Positions 21,501-39,181 of a stretch of DNA of 41,842 bases are shown piece after piece. Under the pieces are notes generated by a model. The model saw nothing but the letters and a program-made list of their open reading frames with translations, did not search any database and had not been told where the DNA came from. The position numbers and the translations under genes are program-made. Origin of the DNA: Myxococcota bacterium (GTDB taxonomy: Bacteria > Myxococcota > JACRCW01); NCBI GenBank assembly GCA_040752415.1, contig JBFMGU010000072.1:1-41842 (forward strand), read 5' to 3'. The number at the start of each line of letters is the position of its first letter. Position 1 is the first letter of the stretch.

Positions 21501-22813
21501 CGACGACGACGTCCCACCAGCAGCAGCAGGGCACCCAGCAAGGTCACCGGCGCGGCTCCGCCATCCACGGCGTGGTGCGCGCACGTGGCCTCCGCTGCTT
21601 CCTCGGCGCCCGGGTCCACCGGGTCCCCCTCCTGCACCTCCTCCGACGCATCCACGCCCTCTCCGCTCGACGCGTCCGTCGTCACCACGGGTGTGGCCGC
21701 GTCGGGGCGTACGCCGGAGTCGGGGGTCGGGGGGAACGCGGCGTCGGGCAGCGGTGGAAAGCGGACGTCCACGCCCACCGCGGCATCCCGGCCTGCGTCT
21801 GGCGGTGACGTCGTGGCGGCATCCCCCGGTGAACCCGCGTCGACGAGGCTGGGGCCCCCGTCAACACCGTTGGCATCCACCGGGCCGGTGCCCGCGTCGA
21901 CGGGAGGGGCGGCGTCGGGAGCTGCGCCGGCGTCCACGGTGTCGTCGGGGAGGAGGCCGTCCACGCGGATGCAGAGCTGGTGCACCCGGTAGCCACTGAA
22001 CCCGCCCCGACGGGAAACCGACCCGCCCATCACCCCGCGCTGCAGATTGGGCGCGGGAAACACCGCGGTGAACAGGCTGTACTCGGCGTCATTCTGCGGC
22101 TGCTCCGTCGTCAGCGTGTCCACCGACGCGCCGGCCAGCGCAATGAATCCCTCCGACTCCCCACCCTCGAACGAGTCCGCGTCCCACAACACCGCCAACG
22201 CCGTCGCCGTGCTTGCGGCCGAGGGCGCGCGATCCAGAACCACCGTGATGGGGATGTCCAGCGCCGCCGTGCCGTTGACCGCCAGATTGGCCGGCCCCTC
22301 GGTCAGCTCGTCGGGACAGAAGGACTCGACGCTTGCCGTGCTGGTGCCACCCGCCACGCTCCCCACGGGCGGATTGGCGTACGTGAGCTGCACGCAGGCC
22401 TGGTAGAGGCGGAATCCGTCACCGTTGGCGCCGAGCACCACCTGCACGGGATTGGCGCCCTGCACCAGCGCGCCCGCGGGCAATACCCGACGCACGTGGT
22501 TCAGCTCGTCCTCGCCGCCCTCCACCTGCGCCTCACCCTGCTGCAGGAAGTTGAGCGAGGTGTTGGTGGCGGTGAAATTCAGCGTGCCTTCGTTGTTGTT
22601 GTCGGCGTCGCCGAGCACCAGGTAGACGCGAGCCTCCTGCGCCTGCGCGGGGTTGCGCTCCAGGACCAGCGTGTCCTCGAACGGCACGGCGAAGTTCCCG
22701 GCGAAACCCACGCCCTCCGGCGGGATGTTGGCGCATGTCTGCACGGTGATGGCGCGCGCGTTGGACGCAAGAAGCAGGAGGGCCGCCAGGGCCCCAAGCG
22801 TGGCAGGTCGCAC
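21497..22813 (-). CDS. Secreted surface protein with tandem duplicated domain, DAG-rich stalk and MYXO-CTERM-like tail
   Basis: Signal peptide ending ARA; two similar ~120-aa units; PDAG/VDAG linker; ATC...LLGALLLLVGRRRR. Confidence 0.8.
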   Translation of the reverse strand: MRPATLGALAALLLLASNARAITVQTCANIPPEGVGFAGNFAVPFEDTLVLERNPAQAQEARVYLVLGDADNNNEGTLNFTATNTSLNFLQQGEAQVEGGEDELNHVRRVLPAGALVQGANPVQVVLGANGDGFRLYQACVQLTYANPPVGSVAGGTSTASVESFCPDELTEGPANLAVNGTAALDIPITVVLDRAPSAASTATALAVLWDADSFEGGESEGFIALAGASVDTLTTEQPQNDAEYSLFTAVFPAPNLQRGVMGGSVSRRGGFSGYRVHQLCIRVDGLLPDDTVDAGAAPDAAPPVDAGTGPVDANGVDGGPSLVDAGSPGDAATTSPPDAGRDAAVGVDVRFPPLPDAAFPPTPDSGVRPDAATPVVTTDASSGEGVDASEEVQEGDPVDPGAEEAAEATCAHHAVDGGAAPVTLLGALLLLVGRRRR

Positions 22814-22854
22814 GGGTGGGGAGGATAGCGGAGGGAGCGCCGGGGGGCGTCCGC

Positions 22855-23439
22855 CTACTTACGTCCCCGACGGATGTCGTCGAGGAGCTGCCGCGCGCGC
22901 TCCGGTCCGAACCGCTGCACGTTCTCCAGCCCGGTGCGGGCCACCGCGTCGGGGACGCCGCCCGGGCCAAAGCCGGTGCCCTTGCGCGCGGACTGGATGA
23001 CGCTCGCGCGCGCCACCTGGATGGACGGGTGCGGCGTGCGACGCATGAACGCCACCGCGCGATCCGGGTTCGCGAGGTCCATGGGTGATTCGGGGTGCAT
23101 GGCCACCAGGTAGAACTCGCCGGGTGGCGTCGTGCGCGGGGTGAAGGCTTCCCGGATCCGGCCCACGTAGCGGTTGAACGACGACCAGTCCGCCTCCAGG
23201 CAGGAGAAGATCAGCACCGCCACGTCCAGGCTCTCCCGCGGGCGCGCGGCCAGCTGCAACAGGCTCTGCACCGCGGCCTCCACGTCGGGTGTGGTGACCT
23301 CACAGACCATGCGCGCCAGCCGGCCCTCCTCCCGCGCCTTGCGCGCAAAGGGGCAGACGTTGAGCTCCTCGACGAACTCCTGGAGGTACCGGTCATACCG
23401 GGCAATGGCCTCTTCCGGACTGACCTTGCCCTCGCTCAT
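22855..23439 (-). CDS. DUF1415-like protein
   Basis: LNVCPFA and AMHP...RRTPHPSIQ motifs; ATGA overlap with the upstream gene. Confidence 0.7.
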   Translation of the reverse strand: MSEGKVSPEEAIARYDRYLQEFVEELNVCPFARKAREEGRLARMVCEVTTPDVEAAVQSLLQLAARPRESLDVAVLIFSCLEADWSSFNRYVGRIREAFTPRTTPPGEFYLVAMHPESPMDLANPDRAVAFMRRTPHPSIQVARASVIQSARKGTGFGPGGVPDAVARTGLENVQRFGPERARQLLDDIRRGRK

Positions 23440-25712
23440 CCCACCACGGCTTCCCGGGGCAGCTTCATGCGCAGCCCCCGACGCGCCATCTGCTCCTCGA
23501 AGTGCTTGCGCATCGCCGGGGTGTTGATGATCACGCGGTGGAAGTCGGCGGTGGGCAGCTTGATGAGCGTGCTGGGCTCCCGCGCCACGGCGGGAACCAC
23601 GCGCGGCCGGCCGTTGCTGCCCCCGAACTCACCCACCACCTCACCCTGGAAGACCACGGCGGCGGGCGGCGCCAGCACCTGCACGCTGCCCCGCGCCACG
23701 ACGAGGATCTCCTCCTCCGCCCGCGTGGGTACCTGCACCGGCGCGCCCGCGGCGAGGTCCACGCTGGAAGCGCGCGCGGCCAGCGCCACCACGGAGGCCT
23801 GGCTCAGGCGGTTGCCGAACGCGTCGCAGATGAGCTCACGCGTGGCCCACAGGCGCTCCAGCCGTTCCCGCACGCTGGTGGGCCCCTCCCGACGACGATG
23901 CAGCGGCATCCGCGCCGTCTCCTCGTCATCCTCGGCAATGAACTCCAGGAACAACGGGCCGGGCACGGCCAGCACACGCAGCGGAGAGAGCGCCACCACG
24001 GAGGCATTGCGCGGCGCCTGGCGCAGGAACGCCTGCTCACCAAAGAAGCTCCCGCGCTCCAACGTGGCCACGCGCCGCCCGTCGACGCGCACCTCCGCGC
24101 TCCCGGCAACCAGCAGGTAGACGAACTCCGGCTTGGGGTCGCCCTGCTTCACCACCGACTCCCCGGCGGGGAAGCTGCGTGGGTTGCCTTCCTGCATGAA
24201 CCGGTTGACCCAGTGCAGGCGCCGGCTGCCCAGGTTGGTGATCACCTCGCTCACCACCGCCGCGTCCATGGCGGTCTGGTTGCTCTCGATGAAGCACTTC
24301 TGGAACAGCGGCCCGGCCAGCTTCAGCCGCTCGTTGAAGGGCGCCGGGATGTCGGAACGGTGCGCCAGGGCGATGCAGTCGGCGTCAAACGCGTCAAAGT
24401 CCTTCACGAAGCCATGGATGGTGGCCTCGCCCGCGTCGCACAGCGTGTACTGGCGGGCGGGGAAGGTGCTGAGGAACTCATGCCGCTCCGGCGTCATGAA
24501 GCCCTTCTCCAGCTGCTTGTCCAGCCCCACCGGGCCGCCGCGGCTGGAGGTATCCCCCGTCACCCCAAAGCAGAACTCGCGGTACTCGAACCGCCCGCCA
24601 AGGGACGGGATGGGATGCGCGCCGTAGTGCACCGTGATGGACACGCCGTTGATGAGGAACGGCTTGTTGGGCTGCACCAGGCGCCAGGTGAAGGCCTGGT
24701 CCACCGCCTCGCGGTCCACGCCCCACAACGCACTGAACTTGCGGAGCACCTGCTCGCGGATCTCCGCGGTGGTGATGAGCTCGATCCGTCGGTACGCGTT
24801 CCAGGCGAACTTGTAGAGGTCCACCACGTGGTCGTCGTGGATGTGGCTCACGAAGATGCCGCGGATGTCACCAATGGAGACGCCCAGCCGGCCGAGCAGC
24901 CACGCCGTGAAGGGGCTGCAGTCCCAGAGGAAGAACTCACCGCCCAGGCTCAGCAGGTTGGTGGTGGTGGGGCCGCTGGTGGAGAAGGCGCTGTCGCTGC
25001 CCAGCACGGTGATGCCGAACAGCAAGGGGCGCATGGGCTCGGAGCGCTTGGGATAGCGGTCCGCCCACATGGGCACTTCCACGCCCGTGTAGTCGAGCCG
25101 GACCTCCTGCCGCTCACCCTGGTACTCGACGATGAACGTGTGATCCTCGCGGTGATCCTCCACGCGCACGCCCTCGGCCAGCGTCACCGAGGCATGGTCC
25201 CCGTAGGGCAGCATCTCGCAATAGTGGCTGAGGGGATGCGGCTCACCGTTCTTGGCGGCCAGCGCGAAGAAGTGCTGGTCCTTCAGCAGCATCTCCCGGA
25301 TGGCCTTGTTGGAGCGCACCCGGGTGCGGAGCTCCCGCTCATCCACGCCCAGGAAGCACTCCTTCATGACGGTCTGGAGGTCCTCCAGCTCGTCCTGCGT
25401 GCCCACCCAGCGCAGGGGCGCGGTCATGCGTGCTTCCGCCCAGTTGTAGCGGCCCCCCAGGAACGCGGAGGCGAACAGGATGAACTCCGGGCAGAGGCTG
25501 GGGGTGTCGTTCACCACCCGGACGCCGGGGCAGACCACCACGTCGGGGAAATTGCTGATGGGCTTGCCGTCGGGGCCGGGCTTCTGGTCGTACTTGAGGC
25601 GACGCGAGACTTCCGGTGGGGCGCCAAACAGCAGTCGGAGCGGCTTGCCACCTTCCAATGTCACCGTGACCAACACGGCGCCGGGATATGAGACCTGGGT
25701 GATGAAACCCAT
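23436..25712 (-). CDS. MBL-fold metallohydrolase fused to two cNMP-binding domains (putative cyclic-nucleotide-regulated phosphodiesterase)
   Basis: IFVSHIHDDH (HxHxDH), HPIP, TGDT, IHG; cNMP domain with FFGEQAFL...PRNASV and a second degenerate one (VGEF...PRVV); GGAGG RBS. Confidence 0.85.
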   Translation of the reverse strand: MGFITQVSYPGAVLVTVTLEGGKPLRLLFGAPPEVSRRLKYDQKPGPDGKPISNFPDVVVCPGVRVVNDTPSLCPEFILFASAFLGGRYNWAEARMTAPLRWVGTQDELEDLQTVMKECFLGVDERELRTRVRSNKAIREMLLKDQHFFALAAKNGEPHPLSHYCEMLPYGDHASVTLAEGVRVEDHREDHTFIVEYQGERQEVRLDYTGVEVPMWADRYPKRSEPMRPLLFGITVLGSDSAFSTSGPTTTNLLSLGGEFFLWDCSPFTAWLLGRLGVSIGDIRGIFVSHIHDDHVVDLYKFAWNAYRRIELITTAEIREQVLRKFSALWGVDREAVDQAFTWRLVQPNKPFLINGVSITVHYGAHPIPSLGGRFEYREFCFGVTGDTSSRGGPVGLDKQLEKGFMTPERHEFLSTFPARQYTLCDAGEATIHGFVKDFDAFDADCIALAHRSDIPAPFNERLKLAGPLFQKCFIESNQTAMDAAVVSEVITNLGSRRLHWVNRFMQEGNPRSFPAGESVVKQGDPKPEFVYLLVAGSAEVRVDGRRVATLERGSFFGEQAFLRQAPRNASVVALSPLRVLAVPGPLFLEFIAEDDEETARMPLHRRREGPTSVRERLERLWATRELICDAFGNRLSQASVVALAARASSVDLAAGAPVQVPTRAEEEILVVARGSVQVLAPPAAVVFQGEVVGEFGGSNGRPRVVPAVAREPSTLIKLPTADFHRVIINTPAMRKHFEEQMARRGLRMKLPREAVVG

Positions 25713-26000
25713 TCCGACCTCCCAGGCACCCTACTGGTCCAGCTTCAGGTGCCCTGTGGACCCGGCCCACGTCCCTGGGAGTGTGCTGTACGGCTTACTG
25801 CGCGGATGACTCCGCTTTTCCGCCGCGTGGTGGCCGCCACCCGAATGCCTTCGGGGATCCACCCACTCCCTGCGTCGTCGACCGTGGATCAACCTCCACG
25901 CCGCCTGCCTCCGCGCCATTGCGGATCCTCAGGACTATCCCGCACAAGCTGCGGATCCACAAGGAAACAGCCTGGGCGCGGGCATGAGCAACGCAGCTTG

Positions 26001-27095
26001 TCAAGCCTGCTGGGAGGCTCCCTCGGATACCTGGCGCAGCAGCGCGGCGGGCGCCGGCACCGCCATGGCCTCCCGGGCCAGCTGGGCCACCGCACGCACC
26101 CACCCGGGGGTGGAATTCAGGGACGGCACCAGTCGCAGCTCCCCGCCGTGCGCCGCGTAGTCCTCCCGCGCGCGCATCCCGATCTCCTCCAGCGTCTCCA
26201 GGCAATCCGCCACGAACGCCGGGCAGATCACCGCCAACCGCTTGATGCCCCGTTTGGCCAGCTCCGGGAGCACCTCGTCGGTGTAGGGGCGGATCCACGG
26301 CGTGCGCCCCAACCGCGACTGGAAGCTCAGTGAGGCCTTGTCCTCCCCCAGCCCCAGCGCCCGGGCAATCAGCCGCGTGGTTGCAAAGCACTGCGCGCGG
26401 TAGCAGCCGTGGTTGGCGTGCCCCAGGGTGGCGCAGCACGCCTCGGACTGCAGGCAATGCTCGCCGGTCTCGTCGCTGCGGGTGACGTGGCGTTCCGGGA
26501 CGCCGTGGTAGCTGAAGAGCACGTGGTCGGGCTGGAAGTCCTGCAGCACCGGCGCGGCCACGTCGCGGAAGGCCTCAATGAACGCGGGATGCGCGAAGAA
26601 CGGCGGCACCACGCTGAGGTTGGGCACGTTCCACAGCCGCGCGCTGATCCGGTAGACCTCCTCCAGGGAGGACCCACCCGACGACGACGCGTACTGGGGA
26701 TACAGCGGAAACACCACCACGCGGGAACAGCCCGCGCGTCGCAGCAACGTCAGCGCGGACTCAATGGAGGGGTTCCCGTAACGCATGCCCAGGGCCACGG
26801 GGATGTCGGGTCCCAGCTCGCGCTGCACGCCCTCGCGCAGGTCCATGCTGTGGAACAGCAACGGGCTGCCGCGGTCCGTCCAGATCTTGCGGTACGCGTG
26901 CGCGCTCCTGGCCGGGCGCGTGGGCAGGATGATGAGGTTGAGCAGGAGCCAGCGCGGGATGGCGGGGAGGTCCACCACGCGCGGGTCGCTGAGGAACTGA
27001 CGGAGATAGCGACGCACCTCGGGAGTCTCCGGTTTGTCCGGAGTCCCGAGGTTGATGAGCAACAGTCCCGTCTTGGGGCCGGCAGGCAAGCTCAC
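26001..27095 (-). CDS. hemH: Ferrochelatase
   Basis: LLINLGTP, FLSDPRVV, GSPL, MRYGNP, PLYPQY, FSYHGVP, FQSRLG, FVADCLETLEEI. Confidence 0.97.
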   Translation of the reverse strand: MSLPAGPKTGLLLINLGTPDKPETPEVRRYLRQFLSDPRVVDLPAIPRWLLLNLIILPTRPARSAHAYRKIWTDRGSPLLFHSMDLREGVQRELGPDIPVALGMRYGNPSIESALTLLRRAGCSRVVVFPLYPQYASSSGGSSLEEVYRISARLWNVPNLSVVPPFFAHPAFIEAFRDVAAPVLQDFQPDHVLFSYHGVPERHVTRSDETGEHCLQSEACCATLGHANHGCYRAQCFATTRLIARALGLGEDKASLSFQSRLGRTPWIRPYTDEVLPELAKRGIKRLAVICPAFVADCLETLEEIGMRAREDYAAHGGELRLVPSLNSTPGWVRAVAQLAREAMAVPAPAALLRQVSEGASQQA

Positions 27096-27173
27096 GAAGC
27101 GCCTCCCGCCTGGTCAGGGAGGAGCGCCGCGCCCGGCGTTAGAAAGCTCGAGCGCGGCGGACTCCCGTGGAGC

Positions 27174-31349
<4,176 letters not shown>

Positions 31350-31444
31350 GGCAGCTCCTGAAGACTTTCAAACAGCAAAAAGGGTTGGCGCGGGGCATTG
31401 AGCCTGGGGCCCAACGAGGCCCGCGCATCTCAACTTGTCAGAGG

Positions 31445-35572
<4,128 letters not shown>

Positions 35573-35853
35573 CGGGCTCGCTCCGCGCCTGCGCTGGTGT
35601 TCCCCGCTGCCAGGGGCCCACCGCGCGAGTGGCCGGGGTGATGTTGAGCTGCGGAACGCGCGTCCCAGCAGCATGATGATGGCGGCACCCCGGGGCTCCC
35701 CATCATCACGGCGTTATCCCCGCCACGGGGCGACAGCCACCCGAACAGGCGCTGCCACAAGAAGACCCGGGAGGCGACGAAAGGTTCTGTTCCCGTCGTC
35801 GCCGTCCCGGAGGGTTCCGGAGCAACCCAACTGGGGGGTCGTCCGGAAATGAC

Positions 35854-35898
35854 ACAAACCCGGCCGCGACGGAGACCCTCCTCCGTCGCACCGGGTTG
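35854..35898 (-). terminator. Terminator/attenuator hairpin between rplL and rpoB
   Basis: Minus strand AACCCGGTGCGACGGAG-GAGGGT-CTCCGTCGCGGCCGGGTTTGT; position matches the known rplL-rpoB attenuator of E. coli. Confidence 0.65.
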
Positions 35899-35916
35899 TG
35901 CCGCCGCGAGGCCGGC

Positions 35917-36309
35917 TTACTTGATTTCCACCTTGGCGCCCTGCTCCTCGAGCGCCTTCTTCATCTTCTCAGCCTCGTCCTTGCCCACGCCGCTCTTAAC
36001 GGTCTTGGGGGCGCCGTCAACCAGATCCTTGGCCTCCTTCAGGCCCAGGCCGGTGAGCTCACGGACCACCTTGATGACCTGGATCTTCTTGTCGCCGGAG
36101 ACGGCCAGGACCACGTCAAACTCGGTCTTCTCCGCCGCCGCAGCGGGAGCTGCACCGCCAGGACCACCGGCCGGCATGGCCATCATCATCCCGCCGCCCG
36201 CGGCCGCCTTGACGCCCCACTTCTCCTCCAGGGCCTTCACCAGCTCCGCAGCCTCCAGCACCGTCAGGCCGCTCAGGGTATCCACCAGCTTGGCAATGTC
36301 TGCTGCCAT
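35917..36309 (-). CDS. rplL: 50S ribosomal protein L7/L12
   Basis: [53 protein letters not shown]. Confidence 0.99.
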   Translation of the reverse strand: MAADIAKLVDTLSGLTVLEAAELVKALEEKWGVKAAAGGGMMMAMPAGGPGGAAPAAAAEKTEFDVVLAVSGDKKIQVIKVVRELTGLGLKEAKDLVDGAPKTVKSGVGKDEAEKMKKALEEQGAKVEIK

Positions 36310-36416
36310 TGTTCAATCTCCACTCGGCAATTGCGTCCACGTCGGGAGCGCAGGCCGAAAATCAAAAGTCAAAGTTGAAAGACCAGAAATCATCCGTCGG
36401 GTGTTGAAGCCTGAGG

Positions 36417-36941
36417 TCAGGCTGCCTTCTCCTGCTTGTCCTTCCACGCCTGGACCACGCCAGCGAGCTGCTGTCCCGGCGCATTGATCTGCGCCAGCAG
36501 CTTCTGGGCGGGGGCGTTGATGGTGCCAAGCAGCGTTGCGCGAAGCTCCGGCAGGGTGGGCAGGTTGGCCACGGCCTTGATGCCGTTCATGTCCAGCTTC
36601 TGGCCGGTCATGTACCCGCCCTTGACCTCCAGCTTCTCCATCTCCTTCTTGACCTCCACCACAACACGGGCCGCTGCGGTGGCATCATTGGGATGCCAGG
36701 CAATGGCGGTGGGGCCCACAAAGAGTTCGGAGATGGCCTTGAGGTCCGAGGCCTGGCTGGCAATGCGCGCCAGCGTGTTCTTCACCACGCGGTACTGCAC
36801 GCCGGCCTGGTGGAACTTCTTGCGCAGGGAGGTCGTCTCCTGCGCCGTCAGTCCGGCCACGCCGGTGAGGACAGCACCTTGCACGGTGGCGAACGCTTCG
36901 GTCAGCTCCTTGACCTGTGCTTCCTTCTCATGTTTCTCCAC
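36417..36941 (-). CDS. rplJ: 50S ribosomal protein L10
   Basis: YRVVKNTLARIA, GPTAIA, LPTLPEL; GTG start with AGGAGG RBS; located between rplA and rplL. Confidence 0.98.
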   Translation of the reverse strand: MEKHEKEAQVKELTEAFATVQGAVLTGVAGLTAQETTSLRKKFHQAGVQYRVVKNTLARIASQASDLKAISELFVGPTAIAWHPNDATAAARVVVEVKKEMEKLEVKGGYMTGQKLDMNGIKAVANLPTLPELRATLLGTINAPAQKLLAQINAPGQQLAGVVQAWKDKQEKAA

Positions 36942-37034
36942 GCGTCTGTCTCCTCCTTTCTTTCATTCGTCTGTCCGCACCTGCATTGAGTGACGACGCG
37001 TGAAACAAACCCGACATCTGGGCTCTCGCGCTTC

Positions 37035-37128
37035 GTCTCGGCCGGCATGGGGTGTCACCTGCTTGACCCGGCACCCCAGGATTGTGTGACGGCGTTGGGC
37101 CTACCCGTCTCCGCCGGCTTTCTTTGAC
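37035..37128 (-). promoter_or_regulatory. L10 leader (L10-L12 autoregulatory RNA element)
   Basis: Minus strand GTCAAAGAAAGCCGGC...GCCGGCCGAGAC gives the kink-turn-like stem typical of rplJ leaders, in the rplA-rplJ spacer. Confidence 0.6.
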
Positions 37129-37180
37129 GACAACCACCAGGGCGGACGATCCCGGTGGTCGGCGCAAAACGAAAAGTGGC

Positions 37181-37888
<708 letters not shown>

Positions 37889-37900
37889 GTTCTTCTCCCG

Positions 37901-37941
37901 GGTGGTTCAAGGCGGCGCCGGTATCCGCAGCGCCTCCCACC
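37901..37941 (-). promoter_or_regulatory. Putative L1-binding mRNA site upstream of rplA
   Basis: Minus strand GGTGGGAGGCGC...GCGCCGCCTTGAACCACC: GUGGGAG...AACCAC internal-loop pattern just before the RBS. Confidence 0.6.
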
Positions 37942-37990
37942 TCAGAATGCGTTGAGGTTTCTGCTCGGTTCCTGACGACGTGAAATCAGC

Positions 37991-38431
37991 TCAGACCACG
38001 TCCACGCCCATGGAGCGCGCCGTGCCCGCAATGGAGCGCATGGCGGTTTCCACGTCATAGGAGTTGGTGTCCGGCAGCTTCATCTCCGCCACCTTGCGGA
38101 GCTGGTCCTTGGTGATCTTGCCCACCTTCTCCTTGCCGGGGGTCTTGGAGCCGCCACCGGGCTTCTTGTCCATCTTCAGTCCGGCCATCTTCTTGATGAG
38201 CACGGACGCGGGCGGCGTCTTGGTGATGAAGGTGAAGGAGCGGTCGGAGTAGACCGTGATGATGGCGGGGATGGTCATCCCCTCCTGGCCCTGGGTCCTG
38301 GCGTTGAACTGCTTGCAGAACTCCATGATGTTGATGCCGTGCTGACCAAGCGCCGGACCAATGGGCGGGCTGGGGTTGGCCTTGCCGGCAGGTGCCTGGA
38401 CCTTGACGTACGCCTGAATCTTCTTGGCCAT
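37991..38431 (-). CDS. rplK: 50S ribosomal protein L11
   Basis: [40 protein letters not shown]. Confidence 0.99.
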   Translation of the reverse strand: MAKKIQAYVKVQAPAGKANPSPPIGPALGQHGINIMEFCKQFNARTQGQEGMTIPAIITVYSDRSFTFITKTPPASVLIKKMAGLKMDKKPGGGSKTPGKEKVGKITKDQLRKVAEMKLPDTNSYDVETAMRSIAGTARSMGVDVV

Positions 38432-38449
38432 GGGGATGCTTCCTTTGAA

Positions 38450-38481
38450 CGTGGTGCTAGCGGGCCAATGACCCTTCCACG
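38450..38481 (-). promoter_or_regulatory. Second putative L1-binding mRNA site upstream of rplK
   Basis: Minus strand CGTGGAAGGGTCATTGGCCCGCTAGCACCACG: GUGGAAG...ACCAC stem with an asymmetric internal loop. Confidence 0.45.
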
Positions 38482-38500
38482 GAATTCACGGGGGCCGGGC

Positions 38501-38529
38501 GCAATACACGACTCCATGTCCACATGCAA
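38501..38529 (-). promoter_or_regulatory. Probable sigma70-type promoter of rplK-rplA
   Basis: Minus strand TTGCAT-N17-TATTGC about 70 nt upstream of the rplK ATG. Confidence 0.5.
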
Positions 38530-38776
38530 GTGGCGGTTTGGCCCCCGGGTGGGACACGGTGGGAGCAGACATCCAACGCCATGAATTTCATGGGTTTTTG
38601 CGCAACCGGCCCGCCGCGAAAGACTCGTGCCAACCCAGATCCAGGGTGGCCACCGGGGCCCGGACTGAGGTGCCCGATCACCGTCGTTGGGGAGCCCTCA
38701 GGGATCTTCCCATTCGCAGTCCGCGGTCGCGATTCCAACGTTGCCGGCGACGGACGGTGCCCAAGCGGCGCCGCGC

Positions 38777-39120
38777 TCAGCGACGCAAGACCGCGCCCAC
38801 GTCGAGGGTGAACCCCGCCATCTCTTGCGAGGGTGCACGCTGGTCCGCGGCATACGCGCCAACGAGCCGGTAGGCCCGGCCCTCCAAGGCAAAGACGTTC
38901 ACCCGCCCCAGCTGGGAATCCAGGGTCCAGTGCTCGCGGATTCCGGCCAGCGCATATTCCTCGGTCTTGACCCCGGTATCCGTCACGGAGGTGCTCGGGG
39001 AAAGAACCTCGACCAAGACAGTATGCGGGCCGCTCTCCCTCTCGCCGATGTGCTCCACGTCGGCTCCGAGCCAGATCATGACGTCGGGCACCCGCCCGTC
39101 GCCATGTGGAAGACCTAGCA
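38777..39120 (-). pseudogene. N-terminally truncated Uma2-family (restriction endonuclease-like) gene remnant
   Basis: GRVPDV, VLVEVLSPST, D..VK..EYA..GIREHW.LD, AGFTLD motifs match the C-terminal part of Uma2. The upstream frame has no start codon and runs into the nusG terminator. The 5' boundary is approximate. Confidence 0.75.
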
Positions 39121-39147
39121 GTCCGCGTGCAAACGACGCGAGCGGCC

Positions 39148-39181
39148 AAATGAAAACGCCGCACCCTTGCGAGCGCGGCGT
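39148..39181 (-). terminator. Intrinsic terminator after nusG
   Basis: Minus strand ACGCCGCGCTC-GCAA-GGGTGCGGCGT-TTTCATTT (GNRA-capped stem plus U tract). Confidence 0.8.

Noticed and set aside
25850..25965. GATC-rich spacer with GGATCCACA as a possible oriC or DnaA-box cluster
   Set aside because: No good TTATCCACA matches, no AT-rich unwinding element, and no dnaA-type neighbours.
27096..27173. rpoC followed by hemH rather than rpsL-rpsG-fusA
   Set aside because: Separation of rpoBC from the str operon is common in bacteria; no mobile-element trace at the junction.
38457..39164. Alternative overlapping ORFs (up to 235 aa) in the nusG-rplK gap
   Set aside because: No RBS or recognisable motifs; they overlap the Uma2 remnant, the terminator and the rplK promoter.
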